Assembly: GCA_964016885.1 (NCBI GenBank)
Contig: OZ024765.1
Coordinates: forward strand, 22,010,001-22,074,000
Direction of reading: 5' to 3'
Length of the DNA stretch: 64,000 nt
Origin: Eledone cirrhosa
Lineage: Eukaryota
The notes under the pieces are model-generated. The model ran no database searches, was not told the DNA's origin, and saw only the letters and a list, made by a program, of their open reading frames with translations. Made by a program: the position numbers and the translations under genes. Positions 44,003 through 55,205 of this stretch are shown one piece after another; positions within the stretch are counted from its first letter, which is position 1; each line of letters begins with the position of its first letter.

Positions 44003-45719
44003 CTACCTGTTCGGCTCCTGAGGAGCAGGTTGCACAATATCCATGGGCGTATTGGAGGGGTTGTTTGGTGGGATGTTGTTCTGTGGTGGAGTGGGGGTGT
44101 TTGGTGAGGTGTGGGTGGGGAAACGTTTCAAGAGGACGCGGTTATAGGGTCGAGTACATGTTTTCCCCACGTCCTCAGGAAAGTTCTCTCTTAGTTTTGC
44201 ATAGGTGTCCATTGGGAGTCTTATCATTTTTAAATGCGGTTTGCTGGCCGCGCTTGCAAAGAATTGCCCTTCAGTTTCCACCGAAGGGTCTTTGTGTATT
44301 GTTTTTACTAGTTCTTTGTTATTTGTGTTAATGTATATATACTGTTTTATTTGTGTTGTGTTTGTTTGTTGTTCTTGTGTGTGCTTACGTTTTGTTGTAT
44401 GTGTTATGTTTTGGGGTGGGGCAGATTTTGTTTGTTCTGTTTGTTTTGTTTTTGTTGGTGGTTGTGTTTGTTTCGTTTATGTTCGAGTGGTGCTTTCTTT
44501 TTTTCCTTTTTACAGGTTGGAAGGGTTCCCCGTCTTCGTCACTAGGTGCCGTTTCAGCTGGGTCCTCGTCCGTGCTGTCGGGTAGTGGTGCATTTTGGGG
44601 TTTTGTTGTATTTGTGTGTGTTTTGGGAGTTGTTTTGGGTGGGGCCGTGTCTTGTGTTATTTTTTCGTGTTGTTTTTGTTGTTGTTGTGGTGGTGGTGGT
44701 GGTGGTGGTGGTGTGTGGGGTGTAGGCAAAAGAGCCTTTTTTTTTGTCAATTGAGGACAAGCAGCCCTTAGATGACCCCTGCTTGAACAGTAGAAACATA
44801 TGGGCCTCCTACCCTCGGCTGAAATGTATATAAATGTTTCTCCATCGAGGGACACCCTCTGTGGTATTCTAGCTATTCGTTCTGGTCTCATTTGGACCAG
44901 AACCTCCACGCTCAAACCGCCGAAAACGTCTGTGGTGACTTCTCCTACTGAGAGGATTCCGTCCTCGTCTTTTAAAAATCCTGTTAGTACCCAGGAAATG
45001 CATGCATTTGGCCGGATTCCGGAGACCCTTATTTTCTGCGTTCTTTTCCCTAAATATGTGGGGAAAAATGTATGTAGCTTGGAAACAATTGGCGCCACAG
45101 AGTATTTCCTGGCCGTCAATTGATCCTTCATTAGGACCGTTATATTCCCATAGAGTGGCCCTTTTTGTATGAACGATATATCACTCCACACATTTTTTAG
45201 GACCAGCTCAATCTCTTTTTGGGATAATTGAGCTGGTTTCCTTGTTATGTTGGAAATTGTTCTGAAAGATATCGTTCTTAGCGTCGTGTCTCTTTTGATT
45301 TTTTGTGGGGAGGTGATTGTGAAGTCTCCTCCTTCTTTGAAAGTTACATACTGTTTCGCTTCCTTCATCTTTTCTCTCAGAGTTGTAATGTCCAGTTGCT
45401 TGCAGGTTTGTGTTTTCCGGACCGCCTGTGCAAAGGAGGTACCAGTAGTGGGTTCGCTTTGTTTGGTGTTATCGTTATTTTTTCCTTGGTTGGTGTTGTG
45501 ACTATTGCTGTTATTGTCGTTGTTGTTTTTGTCTGCGTTTATGTGACTTTCTGGGTTTTCACCCATTTTTACAAATTTTTCTTTTAATTCCGTGTTCCAT
45601 GTTTCTTTTGCAGGAGTGAGGAGGGAAGACTTAGAGCCTTGTGCTTCTAGCTTCTCTGTATCACCTTTCTTAGGGGGCGTGGCTTTCACGTTAGGATGAG
45701 ATGTGAAAATTCCGTCCAT
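44003..45719 (-). pseudogene. Frameshifted ORF1 (gag-like, zinc knuckle) of copy 1
   Basis: CFYCSSRGHLRAAC knuckle. A 2-bp deletion near 44465 relative to copy 2 splits the ORF. Confidence 0.85.
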
Positions 45720-46641
45720 TTCTATTAGTTTGCCGTAATAAGTTTTTAACTGGAAAATTCGCCCCAAAAAGGGGCGAAAATAAATAAACTCAAAGTTTGA
45801 CGACCAAGGCAAGGGGTTAACGTATATTACAATATAAAAAAATTAATCAAAACTCACTTTTGAGTAAGTAAATCCGACTCGGTAGCCGAGCTTGTTCACA
45901 CACGTCTCTCGTATACGAGATGTTATGTGAGATAAAGCCTTTACTGTGAAAATACAACAGTATATATAGAGTAATGTAAATGTTATGTGAGATATTATGT
46001 GAGGTAAAGCCTTTACTGTGAAAATACAACAGTATATATAGAGTAATGTAAATGTTATGTGAGATATTATATGAGGTAAAGCCTTTACTGTGAAAATACA
46101 ATAGTATATATAGAGTAATGTAAATGTTATGTGAGATATTATGTGAGGTAAAGCCTTTACTGTGAAAATACAATAGTATATATAGAGTAATGTAAATGTT
46201 ATGTGAGATATTATGTGAGGTAAAGTCTTTACTGTGAAAATACAATAGTATATATAGAGTAATGTAAATGTTATGTGAGATATTATGTGAGGTAAAGCCT
46301 TTACTGTGAAAATACAATAGTATGTATAGAGTAATGTAAATGTTATGTGAGATATTATGTGAGGTAAAGCCTTTACTGTGAAAATACAATAGTATATATA
46401 GAGTGGTTTCTTTATTTGCCACTAGGGCACAAAAGGTAGGGACAGATACAAGGGGGGAAGTTTACATATAATTAACGAGTACAAAAATATAACAATGAAA
46501 TAACAACAACAAACGAAGTCCTCAATAGGGAGGGGGCATTAACATGGGTCGCACACACCCCGGAAAAAATGTGTAACCCTTCTCCTCAGGAGCACAAAGA
46601 GTAGGTGCTTCCCTCGTCTCCGCTTTTTCCTCTTCTTTCAC

Positions 46642-49600
46642 CTACAGGCTGATATAGAGAGAAGACCCATTCACTCTGGCCATTCTCCCTACTTTCACCC
46701 ACCTTTCATAAAACTTGCTGGGGTAGAGCACCTCTCTCTCCATTCTGATCCTTCTTTTAAAATGGTATTTGAAAAAGGGGACCAGTTGTTGGCCGGAGAG
46801 AAAGGTGTCTGACCTCAGCCCTTTCAGCCTCGTCCACCATACAACTTCTTTAGCCATGGCTACCACACAGAGAAAAACCGCCTCTCCTTCGTTTTTGAAA
46901 GGGGGAGGCGGTTTGATCGTGACAATGGACTCGGTGGTCAACCGGATTGGTCCCACCCTCGACAGTAGTCGTTCCACATAGCCCCACAGGTCAGCAATGC
47001 CTGGGCAGTGTACGAATGCGTGCGCAACGGTTTCGTCATCATGCACGCATCTCGGACAGATCTTATTCAAAGGATCTCTACCCAGGCTCCCATGTCTGTG
47101 GAGCTTGTCTCGAACGGGTAGAGCCCCTCGGTAGCACTGCCAAGCCAGGGACTTTTGGAAGTTGTCCATCGGTCCAGGGCCAAACGTCCTACCGAACAGA
47201 CTGGCCAGTTCATCTTCCTCCATGCCTAGAGCTTCTCCGAGAGCATCGTCGCACCTGCTGCGTACCAACCCTCTATAGAATGTCGAGGTGGAGTCTCCAC
47301 TGATTGCCGGGTCCGCTTTCCAGAGGGCCGTGAGCGCCTGGGCACATTCAATGTGCCAGTCGCCCACTTTTCTCGGTCTTTGCTTGACCCAGGATTGCAG
47401 CTCGGTGAGCGAGACGAGTCTGGGAAAGGCTCGCCTCACAAACGGGGCCCACACCGGTTGACCGGTGAGGAATACCTGGAGGTGCCGTAGCCTTAATGCG
47501 TGTTTACGCATCTGTAGCCACGGCATCCCCAGCCCTCCTTTCGAAGGGTGTTGACAGCAGATGGATCTCCTCACCAAAGGGGTCCGCTTGTTCCAAAGAA
47601 ATTGGAACAGCGCGCACTCCATTTTGGCGAGTCTTTTCACTGGGCAAGGCACGACGGTCAAGCGGTAGTAGATGACGGATGCTATATAAGTATTCGCCAC
47701 CTCCGCTCGACCTTTCAGGGATAGTTTGCACTGGGCCCACTTCTGGGTGAGTGCAAACACCCTGGCCGTTACCTCGTTCCAGTTTTTCTCCACCTGGAGG
47801 TCTGGTCCGAACCAGACCCCAAGCAGCTTCACCGGGCCCTCCGTCCAGCGTCCGACGACGTCGTTGGAGGGCATCGGTTTGCCTCTCCATGTTCCGAGTT
47901 GCAAACCGACGGACTTGTCCCGGTTCAGCTTGGCTCCTGTAAACCTTTCATATTCCTCCAGTAAGGTGCCGATCTCACCGATTTGCGAGGTTTTCGACAC
48001 CATTACTGTCACGTCATCGGCGTAGGCCGACGCCGCTTTCTGCAATCCCGGTTCCAAAGGGATGCCCTGCAACCGCTCCAACTTCCGCAGTAGTGGCTCA
48101 AGAGCCAGCACATACAGTAGGGAGGAGAGAGGGCATCCCTGTCGGATGGATCGCATGATTTGGAACGGCTCCGAGAGGTGGCCGTTCACCTTGACCCTTG
48201 AGCAGACGTTGCTGCTGTGCATCGCAGCAATCCAACCCCTGAAAACGGGTCCGAAGCCTGCCGCCGCGAGCACCGCATCCAGGTAACGATGGTCAACCCT
48301 ATCGAAAGCTTTAGATTGATCCAAGTTGATCAGGGCCCCACCAAAGCCGGGTTCATTCCCTACCCTCTCTATGATGTATCGCATAAGGTGGAGATTGTCG
48401 TGAATGGACCTGGACGGGATTGCGCATGTCTGCGCTTCTCCCACCAGGTTTCCAACGACAAGCGCCAACCTCTTCGCTAACACCTTGGCCAAAATCTTTA
48501 ACTCTGTATTTAGCAGAGTTATGGGCCTGAAGTTACTTATGTCATCCCCCTTGTTCTCATCCTTCCTCACCAGCGTAACTACGCCCTTGGTCACAGAACT
48601 GGGAATTCTCCCGTTCTGCTGCCAGTTGCAGTAGACCGCTTCGAGGATATCGGAGAACAAGTCCGGCATCGCTACATATAGCTCGTATGGTAGACCATCG
48701 AGACCCGGGGATTTGCGTTTGCCGCATTGGCTCAGCGCCGCCCCTATCTCAGCAGCTGAAATCGTCCTTTCGCAGGACTTCGCCTCCGCGTCCGAGAGGC
48801 GCGGCAGACCGTCGAGGTATGGATTGAAATCCATAGTCTTACCCGGCGCGCCGCCCCTCTCGAACAGTCGTGCAAAGTGCCGCTGAAAGGCCGCACACAT
48901 CTGCCCAGGTTCAAGGATCACACGCCCATCCTGGTCCTTCAAAGACCGAATCGTGGACTTGTTCCCACTTTTTGCCTCTGTCACTCGGGCCCAGCTTACA
49001 GCTTTGGCTCCCTCATTACCCAGAGCACGTATTTTACTCCTGACAACGCAGCCTTCATGCTTCACCTCAAAGAACTGGTCTAAGGCCATTCTTGATGCCA
49101 GCACGCCGGCTACATTGCCACTCCTAATCGCCTCTTCTACTCTATCTACTAATTCCCTTTCCGTCTTGTTCCTATCCCTTGCTAATTCCTGACTAAAACC
49201 TATCGATTCTATTCTAATTGCTCTCTTAAGAGAGCTCCACCACCTGTTGTTGACAATTGCCCCTGTCAAATTCTGCTTAACTAACGTGCTAATCCGTTTA
49301 CTGTAAGCTTTGCTTCTCGGTAAGGACAAGTTCAGCTTCCAGTAACCGGGTCCCTGTCTATGGGTTCTATCAAGGTTGGCTATGCAGGTCACTAACTTGT
49401 GATCCGAATAGTCAACCATGAACATTTTTGGACAGCTAAATGTGTCCCTATCGTTCTCTCTAACTAGGACCCTATCTAGGTACGACCTAGATGTTCCACT
49501 GCGATTGGTCCACGTCCATAGTGGTACAGTCGGAAAATCTAGTCGATATCTATCGGCCAGGTCAAATCGGCCGATTAACCTTTTGAGGCTTTTACACCCC

Positions 49601-50079
49601 CCTCTATTGGCACATGCCCCTACATAGTCCCAACGTGCATCCAGGATACCATTCCAGTCCCCCACTAAAAGCAAGGAGCGGGACGTTCCCAGAAAAGTTT
49701 CCAGACGTTGGAAGTATTCCGGCCGCGCTGCCCAAAAAGGGGCGTACACAGCTATTAGTCTAAGGGCTCCACTTTCACTACTGCCGACGTCTAAAACCAC
49801 CAGTCGACCCTCCGGGTCCAGGTGCACCTTCTGTATGGCGAGGCCCAGGTGTTTTCGCAGCAGAACGACAACTCCACCCCCACCCCCCGGTTGACAGAGA
49901 GATGCGAAGATCTCAAAGTCGTCGAAGAGGGGCGCCAGTTGGTGCTCGCTGCTGATCCTGGACTCGCAAATAGCCATTACATCCATTCTATGTGACCTGA
50001 GATCGTTTAAAAGTTTGCCTTGTTTCCAAGACAGTCCCAGGCCACGTACATTCAGAAACCCAACTCTTATATCAGCCAT
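46642..50079 (-). CDS. ORF2: APE endonuclease, reverse transcriptase and C-terminal Zn motif (1145 aa)
   Basis: APE motifs FLNVRGL, GDWN, SYLDR and SDHK. RT motifs KSPGLDGLP, FRPITLLN, LDQSKAFDRV, RQGCPLS and YADD. C-terminal CPRC-x8-H-x4-C. KGGLG and the overall layout are typical of Tx1/L1. Confidence 0.95.
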   Translation of the reverse strand: MADIRVGFLNVRGLGLSWKQGKLLNDLRSHRMDVMAICESRISSEHQLAPLFDDFEIFASLCQPGGGGGVVVLLRKHLGLAIQKVHLDPEGRLVVLDVGSSESGALRLIAVYAPFWAARPEYFQRLETFLGTSRSLLLVGDWNGILDARWDYVGACANRGGCKSLKRLIGRFDLADRYRLDFPTVPLWTWTNRSGTSRSYLDRVLVRENDRDTFSCPKMFMVDYSDHKLVTCIANLDRTHRQGPGYWKLNLSLPRSKAYSKRISTLVKQNLTGAIVNNRWWSSLKRAIRIESIGFSQELARDRNKTERELVDRVEEAIRSGNVAGVLASRMALDQFFEVKHEGCVVRSKIRALGNEGAKAVSWARVTEAKSGNKSTIRSLKDQDGRVILEPGQMCAAFQRHFARLFERGGAPGKTMDFNPYLDGLPRLSDAEAKSCERTISAAEIGAALSQCGKRKSPGLDGLPYELYVAMPDLFSDILEAVYCNWQQNGRIPSSVTKGVVTLVRKDENKGDDISNFRPITLLNTELKILAKVLAKRLALVVGNLVGEAQTCAIPSRSIHDNLHLMRYIIERVGNEPGFGGALINLDQSKAFDRVDHRYLDAVLAAAGFGPVFRGWIAAMHSSNVCSRVKVNGHLSEPFQIMRSIRQGCPLSSLLYVLALEPLLRKLERLQGIPLEPGLQKAASAYADDVTVMVSKTSQIGEIGTLLEEYERFTGAKLNRDKSVGLQLGTWRGKPMPSNDVVGRWTEGPVKLLGVWFGPDLQVEKNWNEVTARVFALTQKWAQCKLSLKGRAEVANTYIASVIYYRLTVVPCPVKRLAKMECALFQFLWNKRTPLVRRSICCQHPSKGGLGMPWLQMRKHALRLRHLQVFLTGQPVWAPFVRRAFPRLVSLTELQSWVKQRPRKVGDWHIECAQALTALWKADPAISGDSTSTFYRGLVRSRCDDALGEALGMEEDELASLFGRTFGPGPMDNFQKSLAWQCYRGALPVRDKLHRHGSLGRDPLNKICPRCVHDDETVAHAFVHCPGIADLWGYVERLLSRVGPIRLTTESIVTIKPPPPFKNEGEAVFLCVVAMAKEVVWWTRLKGLRSDTFLSGQQLVPFFKYHFKRRIRMEREVLYPSKFYERWVKVGRMARVNGSSLYISL

Positions 50080-50100
50080 GTTGGTTAAAAGAGGAAGGAC

Positions 50101-51843
50101 CTACCTGTTCGGCTCCTGAGGAGCAGGTTGCACAATATCCATGGGCGTATTGGAGGGGTTGTTTGGTGGGGTGTTGTTCTGTGGTGGAGTGGGGGTGTTT
50201 GGTGAGGTGTGGGTGGGGAAACGTTTCAAGAGGACGCGGTTATAGGGTCGAGTACATGTTTTCCCCACGTCCTCAGGAAAGTTCTCTCTTAGTTTTGCAT
50301 AGGTGTCCATTGGGAGTCTTATCATTTTTAAATGCGGTTTGTTGGCCGCGCTTGCAAAGAATTGCCCTTCAGTTTCCACCAAAGGGTCTTTGTGTATTGT
50401 TTTTACTAGTTCTTTGTTATTTGTGTTAATGTATGTATACTGTTTTATTTGTGTTGTGTTTGTTTGTTGTTCTTGTGTGTGCTTACGTTTTGTTGTATGT
50501 GTTATGTTTTGGGGTGGGGCGGATTTTGTTTGTTCTGTTTGTTTTGTTTTTGTTGGTGGTTGTGTGTTTGTTTCGTTTATGTTCGAGTGGTGCTTTCTTT
50601 TTTTCCTTTTTACAGGTTGGAAGGGTTCCCCCTCTTCGTCACTAGGTGCCGTTTCCGCTGGGTCCTCGTCCGTGCTGTCGGGTAGTGGTGTATTTTGGGG
50701 TTTTGTTGTATTTGTGTGTGTTTTGGGAGTTGTTTTGGGTGGGGCCGTGTCTTGTGTTATTTTTCCCTGTTGTTTTTGTTGTTGTTGTGGTGGTGGTGGT
50801 GGAGGTGGTGGTGGTGGTGGTGGTGGCGGTGGTGGTGTGTGGGGTGTAGGCAAAAGAGCCTTTTTTTTTGTCAATTGAGGACAAGCAGCCCTTAGATGAC
50901 CCCTGCTTGAACAGTAGTAACATATGGGCCTCCTACCCTCGGCTGAAATATATATAAATGTTTCTCCATCGAGGGACACCCTCTGTGGTATTCTAGCGAT
51001 TCGTTCTGGTCTCATTTGGACCAGAACCTCCACGCTCAAACCGCCGAAAACGTCTGTGGTGACTTCTCCTACTGAGAGGATTCCGTCCTCGTCTTCTAAA
51101 AATCCTGTTAGTACCCAGGAAATGCATGCATTTGGCCGGATTCCGGAGACCCTTATCTTCTGCGTTCTTTTCCCTAAATATGTGGGGAAAAATGTATATA
51201 TCTTGGAAACAATTGGTGCCACAGAGTATTTCCTGGCCGTCAATTGATCCTTCATTAGGACCGTTATATTCCCATAGAGTGGCCCTTTTTGTATGAACGA
51301 TATATCACTCCACACATTTTTTAGGACCAGCTCAATCTCTTTTTGGGATAATTGAGTTGGTTTCCTTGTTATGTTGGAAATTGTTCTGAAAGATATCGTT
51401 CTTAGCGTCGTGTCTCTTTTGATTTCTTGTGGGGAGGTGATTGTGAAGTCTCCTCCTTCTTTGAAAGTTACATACTGTTTCGCTTCCTTCATCTTTTCTC
51501 TCAGAGTTGTAATGTCCAGTTGCTTGCAGGTTTGTGTTTTCCGGACCGCCTGTGCAAAGGAGGTACCAGTAGTGGGTTCACTTTGTTTGGTGTTATCGTT
51601 ATTTTTTCCTTGGTTGGTGTTGTGACTATTGCTGTTATTGTCGTTGATGTTTTTGTCTGCGTTTATGTGACTTTCTGGGTTTTCACCCATTTCTACAAAT
51701 TTTTCTTTTAATTCCGTGTTCCATGTTTCTTTTGCAGAAGTGAGGAGGGAAGACTTAGAGCCTTGTGCTTCTAGCTTCTCTGTATCACCTTTCTTAGGGG
51801 GCGTGGCTTTCACGTTAGGATGAGATGTGAAAATTCCGTCCAT
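50101..51843 (-). CDS. ORF1: gag-like nucleic-acid-binding protein (580 aa)
   Basis: Single CX2CX4HX4C knuckle (CYYCSSRGHLRAAC), a poly-Pro tract and a basic KRKKRK stretch, directly upstream of ORF2. Confidence 0.9.
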   Translation of the reverse strand: MDGIFTSHPNVKATPPKKGDTEKLEAQGSKSSLLTSAKETWNTELKEKFVEMGENPESHINADKNINDNNSNSHNTNQGKNNDNTKQSEPTTGTSFAQAVRKTQTCKQLDITTLREKMKEAKQYVTFKEGGDFTITSPQEIKRDTTLRTISFRTISNITRKPTQLSQKEIELVLKNVWSDISFIQKGPLYGNITVLMKDQLTARKYSVAPIVSKIYTFFPTYLGKRTQKIRVSGIRPNACISWVLTGFLEDEDGILSVGEVTTDVFGGLSVEVLVQMRPERIARIPQRVSLDGETFIYISAEGRRPICYYCSSRGHLRAACPQLTKKKALLPTPHTPPPPPPPPPPPPPPPPQQQQKQQGKITQDTAPPKTTPKTHTNTTKPQNTPLPDSTDEDPAETAPSDEEGEPFQPVKRKKRKHHSNINETNTQPPTKTKQTEQTKSAPPQNITHTTKRKHTQEQQTNTTQIKQYTYINTNNKELVKTIHKDPLVETEGQFFASAANKPHLKMIRLPMDTYAKLRENFPEDVGKTCTRPYNRVLLKRFPTHTSPNTPTPPQNNTPPNNPSNTPMDIVQPAPQEPNR

Positions 51844-52110
51844 TTCTATTAGTTTGCCGTATTAAATTTTTAACTGGAAAATTCGCCCCAAAAAGGGGCG
51901 AAAATAAATAAACTCAAAGTTTGACGACCAAGGCAAGGGGTTAACGTATATTACAGTATAAAAAAAATTAATCAAAACTCACTTTTTGAGTAAGTAAATC
52001 CGACTCGGTAGCCGAGCTTGTTCACACACGTCAACACACGTCTCTCGTATACGAGATGTTATGTGAGATATTATGTGAGGTAAAGCCTTTACTGTGAAAA
52101 TACAATAGTA

Positions 52111-53052
52111 TCATCATCATCATCATCATCATCAGGTTTAGCGTCCGTGTTCCACGCTTGCATGGGTTTGGACGGGGGTTTTCCCACTTGAGGCAAGAGT
52201 GGTTGTCTTGCTCGCACAGGACTGTCTGGCGGGTTTTCTACAGTTGGATGCCCTTCCTAACACCAACCACATTTACAGTGTGGGGCTGGGAGGTTTTTAC
52301 CGTGTTGCCTACACGGCCACATTACAGCGTGGACTGTCTGGCGGGTTTTCTACAGCTGGATGCCCTTCCTAACACCAACCACATTTACAGTGTGGGGCTG
52401 GGAGGTTTTTACCGTGTTGCCTACACGGCCACATTTACAGCGTGGACTGTGTGTTTTTTGTCGTGACACCTACACGATCTCATTTGTTTCGGCCTGGATG
52501 TTGTGGGACCAACATAACTGTACATTGAAAGGGGCGGTGTGGATGGGGTGGAGGTGGTGGGACGGGGCGGTGTTTTGATAGAGATGCCTACTGACTGTAG
52601 TAGGTTTTTACTTTGTATTTAGGTAAGGCGGGTCTTCTCTATTACTGAGTACCGCCAAAGGTCTCGGTCCAGTGACATTGTCTTGGAGAGGTGTAAGCGT
52701 GTGAGGTCGGAATTTATCAGCTCGTCCCATGTTTTTCTGGGTCTGCCTACTCCGTGGCTACCGTCTATCTTTATTGCCCTGCACTTTGTTATACAGCTGT
52801 CGTCTTTCATGCGCATCACGTGACCGTACCAACGTAGCCTTCTCTCGAGTAAACAACATCTGATCCCTCTTATTTCTAATTTTTTCCTTAGTTCGTTTAT
52901 GCTTTGCCGTTCACGTATATTACTATTGCACATCCAGCGGAGCATGCAAGCTTCGTTCCTCTCTAGTCTGCGTATATCCTCTGCACACAATGCCCAGGTC
53001 TCACTGCCATGCAGCATTGCTGTTCGTATGCAGGCATCGTATAACCTGCCTT
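52111..53052 (-). mobile_element. 5'-truncated RTE-clade LINE inserted in the 72-bp array
   Basis: ORF remnant 52619-53017 (MLHGSETW...MLRWM...RRLRWYGHV.R...GRPRKTW), a (TGA)n 3' tail, and a ~110-bp duplication in the 3' UTR. Confidence 0.88.
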
Positions 53053-54680
53053 TATATAGAGTATATATAGAGTAATGTAAATGTTATGTGAGATATTATG
53101 TGAGGTAAAGCCTTTACTGTGAAAATACAATAGTATATATAGAGTAATGTAAATGTTATGTGAGATATTATGTGAGGTAAAGCCTTTACTGTGAAAATAC
53201 AATGGTATATATAGAGTAATGTAAATGTTATGTGAGATATTATGTGAGGTAAAGCCTTTACTGTGAAAATACAATAGTATATATAGAGTAATGTAAATGT
53301 TATGTGAGGTATTATGTGAGGTAAAGCCTTTACTGTGAAAATACAATAGCATATATAGAGTAATGTAAATGTTATGTGAGGTATTATGTGAGGTAAAGAC
53401 TTCACTGTGAAAATACAATAGTATATATAGAGTAATGTAAATGTTATGTGAGGTATTATGTGAGGTAAAGCCTTTACTGTGAAAATACAATAGTATATAT
53501 AGAGTAATGTAAATGTTATGTGAGATATTATGTGAGGTAAAGCCTTTACTGTGAAAATACAATAGTATATATAGAGTAATGTAAATGTTATGTGAGGTAT
53601 TATGTGAGGTAAAGACTTTACTGTGAAAATACAATAGTATATATAGAGTAATGTAAATGTTATGTGAGGTATTATGTGAGGTAAAGCCTTTACTGTGAAA
53701 ATACAATAGTATATATAGAGTAATGTAAATGTTATGTGAGGTATTATGTGAGGTAAAGCCTTTACTGTGAAAATACAATAGTATATATAGAGTAATGTAA
53801 ATGTTATGTGAGATATTATGTGAGGTAAAGCCTTTACTGTGAAAATACAATAGTATATATAGAGTAATGTAAATGTTATGTGAGGTATTATGTGAGGTAA
53901 AGACTTTACTGTGAAAATACAATAGTATATATAGAGTAATGTAAATGTTATGTGAGGTAAAGCCTTTACTGTGAAAATACAATAGTATATATAGAGTAAT
54001 GTAAATGTTATGTGAGGTATTATGTGAGGTAAAGACTTTACTGTGAAAATACAATAGTATATATAGAGTAATGTAAATGTTATGTGAGGTATTATGTGAG
54101 GTAAAGCCTTTACTGTGAAAATACAATAGTATATATAGAGTAATGTAAATGTTATGTGAGATATTATGTGAGGTAAAGCCTTTACTGTGAAAATACAATA
54201 GTATATATAGAGTAATGTAAATCTTATGTGAGGTAAAGGCTTTACTGTGAAAATACAATAGTATATATAGAGTAATGTAAATGCTAAAGGGTTAATGAGG
54301 TGTAAGATACATGTCTTTTAATAAAAACAGGATGACAACAAAGAGAAAAATATGGTTTGTTTTGGGATATCTAAATACAGAGACATTGGCCTGATATAGC
54401 TGGCTACCTGCTTCCATCATATGGTGTTGGACAGATATAGATATATAACAAGTACATGATAAAATGACAAGTCAGTCAACCATATTGATGGCCTCCCCAC
54501 AGCCCCAGGAGACAGAATGGGGAAGGCGTTTCCCCGGAGGACGACAAGGGAGACATGGTTCCACATTCTACCAAGTGTATTTTATCATGACACCAACACT
54601 AGAGAGGTTGTCATGTCTTTGACATAACTGAAGGGTCCTCCCAACCCTTTTGGATGTGCAACAAAATCATCATTGTTTAA

Positions 54681-55205
54681 CCCTTTAGCATTTACATTAC
54701 TCTCTATATATATATTGTTATACTTTGGGAGGGTCATGTTGCCAATAAGAAACACACGCACCAGTTGCTTTCACTTCAATTTATTATAATAAATTTAGGA
54801 ATTTATAAATTTCCGGTTGGTTGGTTGGTTCCACAACCAGATGGTTGTTTACATATTGTCGAAGTTCTTTCGTCACACATTCTGTGACCTTTTCAGTGAC
54901 TGAGGATTCTTTTCTTTGTTTTTGTGCATATAAACAACCATCTGGTTGTGGAACCAACCAACCAACCGGAAATTTATAAATTCCTAAATTTATAAATTTA
55001 TTATAATAAATTGATGTGAATCACTGGTGCGTGTGTTTCTTATTGGCAACATGACCCTCCCAAAGTACAACAATATCGGTTTCAACACATGTTTTCAGAT
55101 AAAGAATCTTGCTAAACAAATTCAGAAACGAAATATATATACTATTGTTTTACCACAAAAAAACCCACACAATAGTATATATAGAGTAATGTAAATGCTA
55201 AAGGG
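54681..55205. mobile_element. TTAA-flanked MITE built from two right ends of the same family, enclosing a foldback element (54712-55076)
   Basis: TTAA|CCCTTTAGCATTTACATTACTCT...AGAGTAATGTAAATGCTAAAGGG|TTAA. Inner inverted arms of about 145 bp. Confidence 0.8.

Larger units (their letters stand above)
40326..45920 (-). mobile_element. Full-length Tx1/L1-clade non-LTR retrotransposon, copy 1 (inactivated)
   Basis: Colinear with copy 2 from end to end, but carries frameshifts and nonsense changes. Confidence 0.9.
46405..52056 (-). mobile_element. Full-length intact Tx1/L1-clade non-LTR retrotransposon, copy 2
   Basis: About 210-nt 5' UTR, ORF1, 21-nt spacer, ORF2, and a 3' UTR of about 240 nt ending AATAAAGAAACC. 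Confidence 0.92.
39829..54291. mobile_element. Composite piggyBac-type MITE (14.5 kb) with a 72-bp array and nested retroelements
   Basis: Perfect 14-bp TIRs CCCTTTAGCATTTA / TAAATGCTAAAGGG, each flanked by TTAA (39825 and 54292). Blocks of the 72-bp unit lie at 40130-40325, 45921-46404, 52057-52110 and 53060-54280. Confidence 0.85.

Noticed and set aside
52963-54258. ORFs of repeated HNISHNIYITLYILLYFHSKGFTS (also at 1853, 40110 and 45847)
   Set aside because: The 72-bp unit is a multiple of three without stops on one strand; there is no evidence of coding.
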